DNA of 34,393 nt from Candidatus Krumholzibacteriota bacterium (GTDB lineage Bacteria; Krumholzibacteriota; Krumholzibacteriia; LZORAL124-64-63): the NCBI GenBank assembly GCA_039714075.1, contig JBDLKA010000031.1:1-34393 (forward strand). Direction: 5' to 3'. A program made the translations under genes and the position numbers. Below the pieces are notes generated by a model, which ran no database searches, had not been told where the DNA came from, and was given only the letters and a program-made list of their open reading frames with translations. Every line of letters begins with the position of its first letter. Position 1 is the stretch's first letter. Positions 14,771-24,827 of the stretch are shown here, piece after piece.

Positions 14771-17748
14771 TCCGCGGTTTTCGAATCAGCGACCAATTGC
14801 GCGAAGGTCAGGGCCAGGGTCCTGACCTTTTGCATATCCAGGATGTTCGCCGCCACCGCGCGCGCCACCCTGGCCAGGGTGTGGGAGATGAGATCCTCAT
14901 TGGTCAGCGGAGCGCCGTGGGCGAGCAGGTCGGCGTCGTCCAGTTCCTGGCGCAGTTGCTCCAGTTTTTGCCCGGAGAACCTTTTGACTTTTTTCTCTTT
15001 TATGGCCTCCAGCAGGAGGGCCCCGTCCCAACGGCAATCATCCAGCGCTGCAGTAATTCGTTCGGAAAAAGTATCCGAAACCGCGGCGGAGTCCTTGAGG
15101 AATTTCCTGGTCACGGGCTGAGCCCTGCCGATGCGCCATCCGTCCAGCCAGGCTTTCCACAAATCGATTCCCGCCGTAACCAGCGCGGCTTCGTCTGCGG
15201 TGATGACCGCGGCCGCGATCAAGGTGTCTTTGTTCTTTTCGAACCGGCCCAGGGTGGAGGCGTTGCCGTCGACAAGGCGGCGGACCAGGTCCAGGTTGTC
15301 ATTCAGCACGAAGAAAACGTGGAGGGTTCCCCAGCGGGCCCACGGGTCCGGCCGGGGAACCATCAGGGCCGCGGCGTATTCGGGGGCGCTCATGCTTGCC
15401 GGGTCCGGGGCCATCATGTCCGCCGGCAGGTTGGCCGGATCGAGCAACGAAGGGTCCGCCGCGCCCGCCACACCCCGCATCGCGGCCAGATCGAGGTGAT
15501 GGGCCGCGGCCAGGCCCTCGGCGGCCAACGCACGCTGGAAGGCGGCGACATCGGCCGGGTTGGGCGTGAGATAGAAGATCTGGCGGCCCTCATCGGCGGC
15601 CAGCCGGCCCAGACTGGTCGCGACGGCGGCAAAACGTTCGGGGTCGGCCGAGGTCAACGAGTCGTCCAGGAACAGGGGAGGCCGCACACCCTCTTCCCCC
15701 ACCGTCGTGAAGGCCAGCTTCACCGCGAGCAGCAACTGGGCGCGGGTGCCGTCGGACAGCTCGTCCAGTTCGAGGGGTCGGGTGGAGTCCTCGGCCCGGG
15801 CCAGGAAGCGGTCCGCGCCGTCACCCTGGCCGGCCATCTCCAATCCGTAGCGGCGGCCGGTGAAGAGACTGAAATACTCATCGGCTTGTTCCAGGACCTG
15901 CGGACGGGACTCCTTCTGGTGCTGCCGCTCCACCAGATCCAGCAGCATTTTGCCGAGGCCGGATTCACGGTTGGCCCGGCGGACTTCCATCAGGGATGCC
16001 AGGGCCGCACCCTCGGTGGCCAGGGCTTCCTGGAGATCGGAACCCCGGCAGGTCCGGTCGATTCTGACCTGGATGCCCTTGATTTCCTCTATCAGGGCTT
16101 CAAATTCACCGGCCCGGTTTTTTTCCACGTCGATCAGATGGGTCAGGTTTCCCGCGGACATCGCCGGGGTTTCACCCTCGCGAAGCAGGTCCGCGCCCTC
16201 GGCGAGGCGTTTGGCAAGCCGGTCGATTTCCCTGGCGGAGTCATCCCTTTCCTGGACGGATTCCTCGAACCGTGGCTGCATGTCCAGAAGCCGGGACGCC
16301 TCGTCGTTGGCCGTGGGGCCATCCTTCAGTTCCAGCCGGTCCAGGATGTCCTTGATGTCCCCCCGCACCCGGTCCAGGTCGTTGCGCTCCCGGTCGAGAA
16401 ATTCGCCATTGGTCCGGCGGGAGTCTGCAAGTGAGTTCATGCGATTCAGGCGGCCGGCGATTTCCTCCAGGCGATGGGCTGCTTCATCGACATCGGCAAC
16501 GGAGTCGAGGCCCGGTCCGGCCAACTCCGCGTTGAATGCGGCCAACCCTTCAGCCATCTGCTCACGGCACCGGGCCAGATGATCCCTTTTCCGGGCCGCT
16601 TCCCGCATTTCTTCCAGGGCGAGGCGGGTCTGGCCCACGCCCCGGGAATAATTGACCAATCCCCAGACGCCCGCGCCGCCGCAGCCTCCGCCCAGCGCCA
16701 CGAAAACCCAGGGCAGAACGGGTCCGGGAAGGGGAAGAAGCCGGCCTGCGGCGATCAGCGCCACCCCGAGGAGCAGCAGCAGGATGATGGGCGGCAGCGC
16801 TGGTTTCACCAGGGCATCGTTCAGGACCTGGTCCAGATGGGGGCCGCCCGCGTCCTTCTCGGCCTGGCGCACGTCGCGCCTGAAATCAACCAGGGTCTCG
16901 AGTTTTTTCTTCAAGAGGGCCAGGGAAAGACCGGAGCCCGTCCCGCCGCCGGCTTGGAGCCGGTCCAGTTCCTTTTCGATATCCCCGAGGGACGCGGCCC
17001 TTTCCTCGATCTTCTGCAGGTGATCCCTTTCCTGGCGCCGCAGACCCGCGAGTTTTTCCGGATCATCGGGGCGGACACGCGCGCAAGCGGGGGGTAGGTC
17101 CTTCAGGCGAAAGATCGCTTCGTTGCGGGCGGCGGTTTGACCTATCAGATCGCGCAGGGTTTCCAGAGCGGCCAGGCGGCTGCGGGCGGCTCCGGCCAGT
17201 TCGCGATCCTTTTCCAATTCGGCCAGGCGCTCCTGCTCGGCGGCCAGGGACTGCTGTTCCCGCTTCAGCCGCGTGACATTTTCACGGGCCGTCTTGAGAT
17301 CGCGGTTTTCCGACCGCCCCGTCCCGGCCGGGAAGAGGTCTTCACGCAGGGATTCCAGGTCGAAGCCGCCGGCCATGTGTCTGCGGATTTCCCGGGCCAG
17401 GGGGTCGCCCGCGGGATCGGGCAGCAGCAGATCAAGAACGCCCAGTTGGTAGCGGCCGGCCAGATGGTTCGGACCTAGGTTCGGCCGCGGACCGCCGGCC
17501 CACTGCGGCGGGTCCAGGTCCCGGCGCGACACCCGTAGCGGATCACTGCCGGGTCCGAATTCGGCCTCCGCCTCGAAGGGCTCTTCACCCACGGTATCAG
17601 GCCACAAAAGCGACCGCACCGCGCGGCAGACCGAACTCTTGCCCACGCCGTTGGGACCGGTCACCAAATTGATGCCGGCCGCGGGCTCCAGGGTGAAGGG
17701 ATCCCGAATACCGGGAGTGCGCAGCAAGCGCAACCTATCCAGCCGCAT
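14767..17748 (-). CDS. YhaN/SbcC-like SMC-type AAA ATPase with C-terminal extension
   Basis: Start moved to ATG 17748 (MRLDRLRL). Walker A GPNGVGKS, coiled coils with a hydrophobic apex, signature LSDGTRAQ, Walker B LFLDD; 993 aa. Confidence 0.88.
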   Translation of the reverse strand: MRLDRLRLLRTPGIRDPFTLEPAAGINLVTGPNGVGKSSVCRAVRSLLWPDTVGEEPFEAEAEFGPGSDPLRVSRRDLDPPQWAGGPRPNLGPNHLAGRYQLGVLDLLLPDPAGDPLAREIRRHMAGGFDLESLREDLFPAGTGRSENRDLKTARENVTRLKREQQSLAAEQERLAELEKDRELAGAARSRLAALETLRDLIGQTAARNEAIFRLKDLPPACARVRPDDPEKLAGLRRQERDHLQKIEERAASLGDIEKELDRLQAGGGTGSGLSLALLKKKLETLVDFRRDVRQAEKDAGGPHLDQVLNDALVKPALPPIILLLLLGVALIAAGRLLPLPGPVLPWVFVALGGGCGGAGVWGLVNYSRGVGQTRLALEEMREAARKRDHLARCREQMAEGLAAFNAELAGPGLDSVADVDEAAHRLEEIAGRLNRMNSLADSRRTNGEFLDRERNDLDRVRGDIKDILDRLELKDGPTANDEASRLLDMQPRFEESVQERDDSAREIDRLAKRLAEGADLLREGETPAMSAGNLTHLIDVEKNRAGEFEALIEEIKGIQVRIDRTCRGSDLQEALATEGAALASLMEVRRANRESGLGKMLLDLVERQHQKESRPQVLEQADEYFSLFTGRRYGLEMAGQGDGADRFLARAEDSTRPLELDELSDGTRAQLLLAVKLAFTTVGEEGVRPPLFLDDSLTSADPERFAAVATSLGRLAADEGRQIFYLTPNPADVAAFQRALAAEGLAAAHHLDLAAMRGVAGAADPSLLDPANLPADMMAPDPASMSAPEYAAALMVPRPDPWARWGTLHVFFVLNDNLDLVRRLVDGNASTLGRFEKNKDTLIAAAVITADEAALVTAGIDLWKAWLDGWRIGRAQPVTRKFLKDSAAVSDTFSERITAALDDCRWDGALLLEAIKEKKVKRFSGQKLEQLRQELDDADLLAHGAPLTNEDLISHTLARVARAVAANILDMQKVRTLALTFAQLVADSKTAD

Positions 17749-19093
17749 GGCCCGCCTCCCGGTCCGGTGGCTGGGCCAGAAGCCCCGCCAGGGCCAGTCG
17801 CCCCGAACGTGCCAACATCCTGCGGACCTGTTCCGCGGAAAGGTCGCCGTCCTGGCCGACCAAGGGCGTGAAGGCGGATTCCCGGTCCACCGTGCCGATG
17901 GCCCGGCGCGCCGCGGCCACCAGTTCGTCAGCCATGGCGGTGGGGTCGCCGACCCCGGTGACAACCCGGCCCGGGTCTTCCAGGACGAGAATCTGACGGG
18001 CCAGCAGTCCGGGCGGGTCGGAGCGGTTGGCCACTTCCAGCAGATCGATCCGCGCCGTCACCCGGTTGGTGATTTTCTGCACGAAAAGGACGGTTTCGCC
18101 GAGCCTGGTTACGGCCGCGCCTGATTCGAACCGGCGGACGGCTTTTTCCACGGCCGCCGGGTCATCGACTTCGCCCGTCAGGACGACCCGCAGCCCGAGG
18201 GCCCGCGCTTCATCCAGCTCGACTTCCAGTGTGTCGTGGAGACGCCGCAACTCGCCAAGCAGGTGGGCGGCCAATTCGCCCGCGGGGTCGGTCAGGCGGC
18301 TGCAGTCGAGATCCCGTTCTTCCCAGCGCAGGGTGGCCAGGGGAAGCCGTTCGGCTGCGATATTGCCGCCGCGATCCACCTGGACCAGGACCGGCCCGTG
18401 GCAACCGGTCTCGGTGGGTTTGAGCCCGGTCACCGAGCCCAGGTAGAACGGGGTGCCGTCGGTGGGGATGGGGTCCGGTTTGTGGATGTGCCCCAGGAAC
18501 CAGCCCCGGTAACCCACCCTCTGCAGGTCGGCGGATTTCACCGGCGCGTAACGGCTGCCCGCATCGAAAAGGTCGGCGTGCAGCAGGCCCAAGGTGATGC
18601 CTTCGGGCAGCGGGGGTGCGGTGAGCAGGGGGCTGGCGGTGTGATGGCGGGAGGGAAACGACCAACCCGCCAGGTTGACGGCCCAATTATCGTTACCGGG
18701 GACCGGGAGCACCGACCACGTTCCGCCGGGGCCCAGCAGATGAAAGCCGTCGATTTCCGCGGCCAACCGAGGCAGAACGCCCGTGTCGTGGTTGCCCGCC
18801 ACTCCGGCCACGACGATGCCCTCTTCGACCAACTGCCGCACTCCGGTGGCCAGGGGCCCATAGGCTTCGAACAGGGCGTTGTCCCTTTCGACCAGATCCC
18901 CGGCCAGGGCGACGGCGTGCACCTTGTTTGCGACGGCCGCGGCCACGATCCGTTTCCAGGTGGCGGCCGGTCCGATGTCCCGCAGATCCATGCCCCCTTC
19001 TTCCAGGGCGGCCGCCGGCACGCGGGACGGCAGGCGGCCCAGGTGCATGTCGCCGACAAAAAGGATTCTTACGGAAGAATCGGGGGGCATCAT
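17735..19093 (-). CDS. YhaO/SbcD/Mre11-like metallophosphoesterase DNA nuclease
   Basis: Motifs GDMHLG, AGDLVE, GNHD, LLH, LGHIH; overlaps the start of the ATPase gene. Confidence 0.9.
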   Translation of the reverse strand: MMPPDSSVRILFVGDMHLGRLPSRVPAAALEEGGMDLRDIGPAATWKRIVAAAVANKVHAVALAGDLVERDNALFEAYGPLATGVRQLVEEGIVVAGVAGNHDTGVLPRLAAEIDGFHLLGPGGTWSVLPVPGNDNWAVNLAGWSFPSRHHTASPLLTAPPLPEGITLGLLHADLFDAGSRYAPVKSADLQRVGYRGWFLGHIHKPDPIPTDGTPFYLGSVTGLKPTETGCHGPVLVQVDRGGNIAAERLPLATLRWEERDLDCSRLTDPAGELAAHLLGELRRLHDTLEVELDEARALGLRVVLTGEVDDPAAVEKAVRRFESGAAVTRLGETVLFVQKITNRVTARIDLLEVANRSDPPGLLARQILVLEDPGRVVTGVGDPTAMADELVAAARRAIGTVDRESAFTPLVGQDGDLSAEQVRRMLARSGRLALAGLLAQPPDREAGHAAG

Positions 19094-19288
19094 GAAGCTC
19101 CGGAAATTTGAACAATCAGGAAGTCGACCCGGTTTGACCTGCACCATGCTATCAATTCATGTGGCCATTGGCCAAGCCAATTCACCCGCTTTTGCCCCGA
19201 ACGACCAGATCAACCTCGCAATCCAGCACGTGTATCAGATAGGTTGTGCCTCTGAAATTGTGTTTGGCCGTAAGAACATGTCAGACAT

Positions 19289-19322
19289 CAAAAAGCGGTG
19301 TCCCCGGGGACACCGCTTTTTG
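19289..19322. terminator. perfect 34-bp palindrome, bidirectional terminator-like
   Basis: CAAAAAGCGGTGTCCCC|GGGGACACCGCTTTTTG, giving a U5 tail on both strands; lies downstream of the minus-strand HDOD/hypothetical genes. Confidence 0.75.
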
Positions 19323-19413
19323 CAGTATAGTCATCCATGCAGGATAATCTCAGCCTGCCCGGCCTCTGCCTGAACCCGGACACAATCTCGAAGGCACCAC
19401 CTAAAAAATTGGC

Positions 19414-19764
19414 CTAGGAGGGCCCCACTTCGAGCCACTTGTCCAGATCCAGGGAGTACTCGGCGTTTCCCTTCCGGAAATACTCGGCTTTCAGGGGGAT
19501 GAAGTGGCCTGGCAGCGGCACCGGAGGCGGCAGGAGGATCTGGGTCCGGGAGCTGTCACCGACCGCAATGAGGACACGGGAGTAGGACCCGACCTCATCG
19601 TCGATCATGATTCCTTCGGCCTGGATTTCCAGGACCAGGCCGGGCACCTTCTCGCTGCCCACCACGGGATTGCACCGCAGGGAAAGCAGGGAACACGCGG
19701 CCAGCAGTACTGCAACGGCGACCAAGGCCTTTTTGTCCTGTCCCAATGATGACGCAAGTCCCAT
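19414..19764 (-). CDS. small membrane-anchored or exported hypothetical protein
   Basis: 116 aa with an N-terminal hydrophobic segment; starts 5 nt after the HDOD stop; beta-rich body. Confidence 0.65.
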   Translation of the reverse strand: MGLASSLGQDKKALVAVAVLLAACSLLSLRCNPVVGSEKVPGLVLEIQAEGIMIDDEVGSYSRVLIAVGDSSRTQILLPPPVPLPGHFIPLKAEYFRKGNAEYSLDLDKWLEVGPS

Positions 19765-19769
19765 GGTTC

Positions 19770-20651
19770 CTACCCCACCAGATCCAGAATATCCAGCGAC
19801 CGCTCCATCTCAACATTGATGCGGTCGTAATACTCCATGGTTTCGTCCAGGGTTAACCCCAGGAGGCGCAGGGCATCCGGATCGCAGGTCTGCGGGCCCC
19901 GGGCGCCGGGCGCGCCGTATCCCAGGTCATATGCCATGTAGTCGGCCACGTGGACCAGGGCCGTCAGTTCGGGGGCGCTTGACGAAGCGCCGGGCCGGTG
20001 ATGGAACTGGACCGCGTCGACCACGTTCGGCGAGAATTTCCAGCTGCGGAACACGGTCTTGCCGATGGTGCCGTGATGAATGGGGAACAGTTTCTTTTCG
20101 GCCTCGAACCAGGAAAGGCCCTCGTCGTCGGCGGTCACGCAGATCTCGTCGAAGTCCGACGAGAAATAGTTCTTTTCGATGAGCTTGCCCACGTCGTGCA
20201 ACAGGCCGGCCACGAAGGCTTCCTCGCGGTGGTGCAGGCGGCGGTCCTCGGCGATCACCTTGCTGATGCAGGCCACGGCGATGCTGTGCTCCCAGAACCG
20301 GATCATGTCGATTCCCTCGGAACCCGATTCGTCCTTGAAGTAGTCGAACACCCCGCTGGCCATGGCGGCGCCGCGCACGGCCCGGAAACCCAGGATCACC
20401 ACGGCCCGGCTGATGGTCATGGTCTTGGTGCCGGAGCCGTAGAGCGCGGAATTCACCAGGTGCAGGATCTTGGCCGAGAGGGCCTGGTCCTGGGTGATGA
20501 TTTCGGCGATCTCGGGCACCGAAACGTCGGGATCCTGAAGCTTGTCGAACAGCTTCTGGTAGATCGCCGGCAGGGTGGGGATGTCTTTGACCATCCCCTT
20601 CAGTTCCCGGGGATGGATGTCGAGCAGGGATTTCTCGAGCACCGTGGACAT
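19770..20651 (-). CDS. HDOD domain signalling protein
   Basis: IPTLP, DQALSAKILHLVNS, FWEHS, AGLLHDVGK, HH motifs; ATG 20651 follows AAGGAG. Confidence 0.92.
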   Translation of the reverse strand: MSTVLEKSLLDIHPRELKGMVKDIPTLPAIYQKLFDKLQDPDVSVPEIAEIITQDQALSAKILHLVNSALYGSGTKTMTISRAVVILGFRAVRGAAMASGVFDYFKDESGSEGIDMIRFWEHSIAVACISKVIAEDRRLHHREEAFVAGLLHDVGKLIEKNYFSSDFDEICVTADDEGLSWFEAEKKLFPIHHGTIGKTVFRSWKFSPNVVDAVQFHHRPGASSSAPELTALVHVADYMAYDLGYGAPGARGPQTCDPDALRLLGLTLDETMEYYDRINVEMERSLDILDLVG

Positions 20652-20745
20652 GACGCGCTCCTTACGCACGATTCATTCAAACAGGGCTTCCATAGGGGAT
20701 TATCGGCCGGCTCGGCCTGAAGTTGACTCAAAAACGGGGGGGAGA

Positions 20746-21801
20746 TCAGGCCAAAAAGTCCAGCCAGGGGCCACCGGGGCGGAATTCGGCGGCTTCGCCG
20801 ATGACGGAGGCGGCCAGGGCTCCCGCTTCGGTCAGGAAAGCCGTCAATTCGTCCAGTCGGGCCGCCGGCACGGCAATCAACAGGCCGCCGCTGGTCTGCG
20901 GGTCGTTCAGCAGGCCGATCATGTCCTGGCCCATCCCTTCGGCGTAGCGGATGTCGTCCCCGGTAAAACTGGCGTTGGAATTGGTGCCGCCGCAGGTGAA
21001 GCCCTCGCCGCACAGTTCGACCGCCTCGGGCAGCAGGGGCAGGGCGCCGGTTTCGATGGTCAGGCGGACGTTCGATCCCTTGGCCACTTCCAGGGAGTGG
21101 CCGGTCAGGCCGAAGCCCGTGACGTCCGTGGCGGCGGTGGCCCCGAATTCGTAAAGCCGGGATCCGCAGTTGTTCAAGGTCGTCATGCAGGTGACCAGCG
21201 CTTCGTAGCCGACTTCATCCAGGCGGTCTTTCTTCATGGCGGCGACCAGGGCGCCGGTGCCCAGGGGTTTGGTCAAAACCAGCTTGTCGCCCGCCCGGGC
21301 GGTGCTGTTGCGCAGAATCCTGTCGGGATGCACGGTGCCGGTCACGCTGAGGCCGAACTTGACCTCGTCGTCGCGAACGCTGTGGCCGCCCGCTACCGCG
21401 CAGCCGGCCTCGGCGCAGGTTTCCGCGCTACCGGCCAGGATTTCGCCCAGCACATGGTTCGGCAGACCGACCGGGGGATAGCCGAGCAGGTTCAGGGCCA
21501 TGATCGGCATGCCGCCCATGGCGTAGACGTCGCTGATGGAATTGGCGGCGGCGATCCGCCCGAAGGTGCGGGGGTCGTCGACCACGGGGGTGATGAAGTC
21601 GGCGGTCGAAACGATGGCGCGCCCGTCATCGATCAGATAGACGCCGGCATCGTCCGCGGTGTCGAATCCGACGAGCAGATTCGGCCCGGCCGCGGCCTGG
21701 ATGGGTTCGAGAATTTCGGACAAGTCACCCGGACTCAGCTTCGCAGCTCAGCCCGCGCTCTTGGCGAAACGGGTCAGGAAGATTTTTTCCTCGGACGACA
21801 T
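20746..21801 (-). CDS. selD: selenide, water dikinase (selenophosphate synthetase), selenocysteine-containing
   Basis: DTADDAGVY, DFITPVVDDP, ANSISDVYAMGG, GGHS, TDVTGFGL, DPQTSGGLL. The frame extends upstream through TGA (21748-21750) to ATG 21801 with SD GGAGG: MSSEEKIFLTRFAKSAG-U-AAKLSPGDL; 351 aa. Confidence 0.96.
21722..21750 (-). promoter_or_regulatory. Sec UGA codon plus bacterial SECIS-like hairpin
   Basis: UGA, then 11 nt (GCUGCGAAGCU), then stem GAGUC-CGGGU-GACUU with a G-containing loop. Confidence 0.7.
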
Positions 21802-21855
21802 CACTCACCTCCCTTCACGGTAGTGGGCATAAGGTCGTAACTATGCGCAGGGGTG

Positions 21856-22977
21856 TCAATAGGCTTCACCGAGACCGATGTAGAGGGCCTGGTCGTTCTT
21901 GCCCCACCCGTAATCGATGCGGGCGTTGATCCTGAAGGACTCGATCATGCGGAAGCGCAGACCGATGCCGGCTCCGGGCAGGGTGTCGCCGATGGAAAAA
22001 TCGGACCAGTCCCCGCCCACGAAACCCACGCCCGCAAACCCAACGGCGCCCCAGCGTTTCCAGAAGTTCCAGCGGTATTCGGTTTCCAGCGTCAGCAGTT
22101 TGTCGCCCCGGTAACGGCCGTTCGCGTAGCCCCGCAGGTTCTTCTTGCCGCTGACAATGGCCTGGCCGCTGAAGGGCACGTCGCCGAAGGCCGAGTCCGA
22201 AAAGAGGCGTCCGGCCAGGACGCGCGTGGAGTCGCCCAGGGTCGTGTAGCCGGAAACCGTAATCTTCAGTTTCCGGAAATCCCGGTCCGACCCCAGGGCG
22301 TCGTCGTAGACGTCGAAGCGCACGTTGATATCGGTTCCGGAGGTCGGATACATGATGTGGTCGCGGCCGTCCCATTCCGCATTCATCCCGAGGCTGGAGT
22401 AGAATTCGTCGGGCAATTCGATCAGGCCGGGATCGATGCCGACCTTGGCCGACCAGACCAGGGCTTCGGCTCCGAGGTAGAGCTTTTCCCAGGTCCGGCG
22501 CGATCCCTTGAGGAACAGGAAATCGGAGACGGTGGTGTAGTCCAGGAAGAGGTCCGGAAACCCCGGACCCGCGGACGAAGGATTGAACTGGTACTTGATG
22601 GAGCCGGTGCCGAAGGCCGCGGTGGCCCGCCAGTTGTCGCGGTCCAGGTGGAACGTCTGGAAGGCCATCCCGATCCAGGAGTTGTTTTCGCTGTAAAAAC
22701 CGAAGATGCCCGTACTCGAAGGCGGCAGATCGTCGTCGTGGCGGTCCATCTTGTAATAGGCCATGCCGATGACGCCCAGGCTGAACCCCAGGACCTCGCT
22801 GTAGCCGGGGATGGGGACGGCCGCGAACTTCAGGTTCCTTTCGCCTTCTTCCAGCGCGTAGGCTCCCGAGCTGCCGCCGCTTCCGCCGCCGATTTGCGCC
22901 GCGGCCGGCCCCGGCAGATTTCCCAGGAAAACCAGTACCGCGGCAACAAGAATCCCCCTCGTCCCGTTTCCGGTCAT
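21856..22977 (-). CDS. Omp85/BamA-TamA-like (bacterial surface antigen) outer-membrane beta-barrel without POTRA domains
   Basis: Signal peptide; LRGY...RYRG loop-6 motif, amphipathic strands, C-terminal RIDYGWG...YIGLGEAY. Start could be 22977, 22983 or 22989. Confidence 0.8.
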   Translation of the reverse strand: MTGNGTRGILVAAVLVFLGNLPGPAAAQIGGGSGGSSGAYALEEGERNLKFAAVPIPGYSEVLGFSLGVIGMAYYKMDRHDDDLPPSSTGIFGFYSENNSWIGMAFQTFHLDRDNWRATAAFGTGSIKYQFNPSSAGPGFPDLFLDYTTVSDFLFLKGSRRTWEKLYLGAEALVWSAKVGIDPGLIELPDEFYSSLGMNAEWDGRDHIMYPTSGTDINVRFDVYDDALGSDRDFRKLKITVSGYTTLGDSTRVLAGRLFSDSAFGDVPFSGQAIVSGKKNLRGYANGRYRGDKLLTLETEYRWNFWKRWGAVGFAGVGFVGGDWSDFSIGDTLPGAGIGLRFRMIESFRINARIDYGWGKNDQALYIGLGEAY

Positions 22978-23001
22978 CGTCATCCCCACTTGTGCTTGCC
23001 C

Positions 23002-24717
23002 CTACCTTGTCTTGCCTTTGCCCTCGAGCTTGGCCCAGGAGTCCTTCAAGGTGACGGTGCGGTTGAACACCATCCTGTCCGGCCGGGAGTCCCTGCTGTC
23101 GATGCAGAAATAGCCCTGCCGCATGAACTGGCACCGGTAGCCGGTCTCCTTGCCGGCCAGGCCGGGTTCGAGCTTGGCGTCGGTCAGGATCTCCAGGGAA
23201 TCCGGGTTCAGGTTGTCCATGAAATCGCCGCCCTCTTCGGGGAAGGGTTCACGGAACAGGTTGTCGTACAGCCGCACTTCGGCTTCGACCGCATGCTGCG
23301 CCGAGACCCAGTGCAGGGTGCCCTTGACCTTGCGGCCGTCGGGTGACATGCCGCCGCGGGATTCCGGATCGTAGCTGCAGCGCAGTTCCACGACTTCACC
23401 GCTGTCGTCCTTGATCACCTCGTCGCAGGTGATGAAGTAGGCGTGCTTCAGGCGCACCTCTTTGCCGGGCTTGAGCCGGAAGAACTTGCGGGGAGCCTCT
23501 TCACGGAAATCGTCGCGTTCGATCCACAGCTCGCGGGAGAAGGGCACCATCCGCGTGCCGGCACCTTCATCCTCGGGGTTGTTGATGCATTCCAGTTCCT
23601 CGACCTGGTCGGCGGGATAATTGGTGATGACCACCTTCAGCGGCCGCAGCACGACCATCACCCGGTCGGCGGTGCGGTTCAGTTCCTCCCGCAGCGACCA
23701 TTTCAACAGGTCCAGATCCACGGTCGAGTTACGCTTGGCCACGCCGACGGTTTCGGCGAAGCGCCGGACCGACTCGGCGGTGTAGCCCAGCCGCCGCAGC
23801 CCGCTGAGGGTCGGCATGCGCGGGTCGTCCCAACCGCCGACCACCTTGTCGTCCACGAGCTGCTTCAGCTTGCGCTTGCTCATCACGGTATAGGTCAGGT
23901 TCAGCCGCGCGAATTCGGTCTGATGGGGTTCGTAGGGCACCGGCAGGTTCTGGATGAACCAGTCGTACAAAGGCCGGTTGACCTCGAACTCCAGGGTGCA
24001 CAGGGAATGGGTGATGCCCTCGATGGCGTCGCTCTGCCCGTGCGCGTAATCGTACAGCGGGTAGATGTTCCAGGTGTCCCCGGTGCGGTGGTGGGGCACC
24101 TTGCGGATGCGGTAGATCAACGGGTCGCGCATCTTCATGTTCGAGTGCGCCATGTCGATCTTCGCGCGCAGGGTGTAGGCGCCCTCGTCGAACACGCCGT
24201 TCTTCATGCCCTCGAGCAGGGTCAGGCTTTCCTCCACCGGGCGGTCGCGGTCCGGACTGTCGACGCCCGGTTCGGTCACCGTGCCGCGGTACTGGCGGAT
24301 TTCGGTTTCGCCCAGGCTGCACACGTAGGCCTTGCCTTCGCGGATCAGGTGCTGCGCCCATTCATAAAGCGTGTCGAAGTAGTCCGACGCGTAGAACTCG
24401 CGATCCTCCCAGTCGGCCCCCAGCCAGCGCAGATCCTCCTTGATGGAATCGACGTACTCGACGTCTTCCTTCTCGGGATTCGTGTCGTCGAAGCGCAGGT
24501 TGAACTTGCCGCCGAATTCCTGGGCGATGCTGTGGCTCAAAAGGATGGCTTTCGAGTGCCCGATATGCAGGTAGCCGTTGGGCTCGGGAGGAAAACGCGT
24601 GTGCACCCGGCCACCGCCCCTGCCGGCCTCCACATCGGCCTTGACCATGGCGCGGATGAAATCCAGGTTCTCGCCCGCCTCTTCGGCGGGAGTTTCAGCA
24701 TTGCGGTCGTCATTCAT
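23002..24717 (-). CDS. glnS: glutamine--tRNA ligase
   Basis: [55 protein letters not shown]; no YqeY tail. Start moved to ATG 24717. Confidence 0.96.
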   Translation of the reverse strand: MNDDRNAETPAEEAGENLDFIRAMVKADVEAGRGGGRVHTRFPPEPNGYLHIGHSKAILLSHSIAQEFGGKFNLRFDDTNPEKEDVEYVDSIKEDLRWLGADWEDREFYASDYFDTLYEWAQHLIREGKAYVCSLGETEIRQYRGTVTEPGVDSPDRDRPVEESLTLLEGMKNGVFDEGAYTLRAKIDMAHSNMKMRDPLIYRIRKVPHHRTGDTWNIYPLYDYAHGQSDAIEGITHSLCTLEFEVNRPLYDWFIQNLPVPYEPHQTEFARLNLTYTVMSKRKLKQLVDDKVVGGWDDPRMPTLSGLRRLGYTAESVRRFAETVGVAKRNSTVDLDLLKWSLREELNRTADRVMVVLRPLKVVITNYPADQVEELECINNPEDEGAGTRMVPFSRELWIERDDFREEAPRKFFRLKPGKEVRLKHAYFITCDEVIKDDSGEVVELRCSYDPESRGGMSPDGRKVKGTLHWVSAQHAVEAEVRLYDNLFREPFPEEGGDFMDNLNPDSLEILTDAKLEPGLAGKETGYRCQFMRQGYFCIDSRDSRPDRMVFNRTVTLKDSWAKLEGKGKTR

Positions 24718-24827
24718 GACGCTGCTCGGCCTTTCGGGACATCGCACCCTTGCGGGAGGATGGTGGTTCCAGGGGATGGAGGATCCGGATCGGTGGAGGG
24801 TAACCTAATTCTCCGGCGGCGGGAAGT

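Noticed and set aside
20746..21723. selD as a 325-aa TTG-start protein or a pseudogene
   Set aside because: That version lacks the catalytic N-terminal motif. The upstream in-frame UGA aligns with the catalytic Cys/Sec and has an SD, ATG and SECIS-like hairpin.
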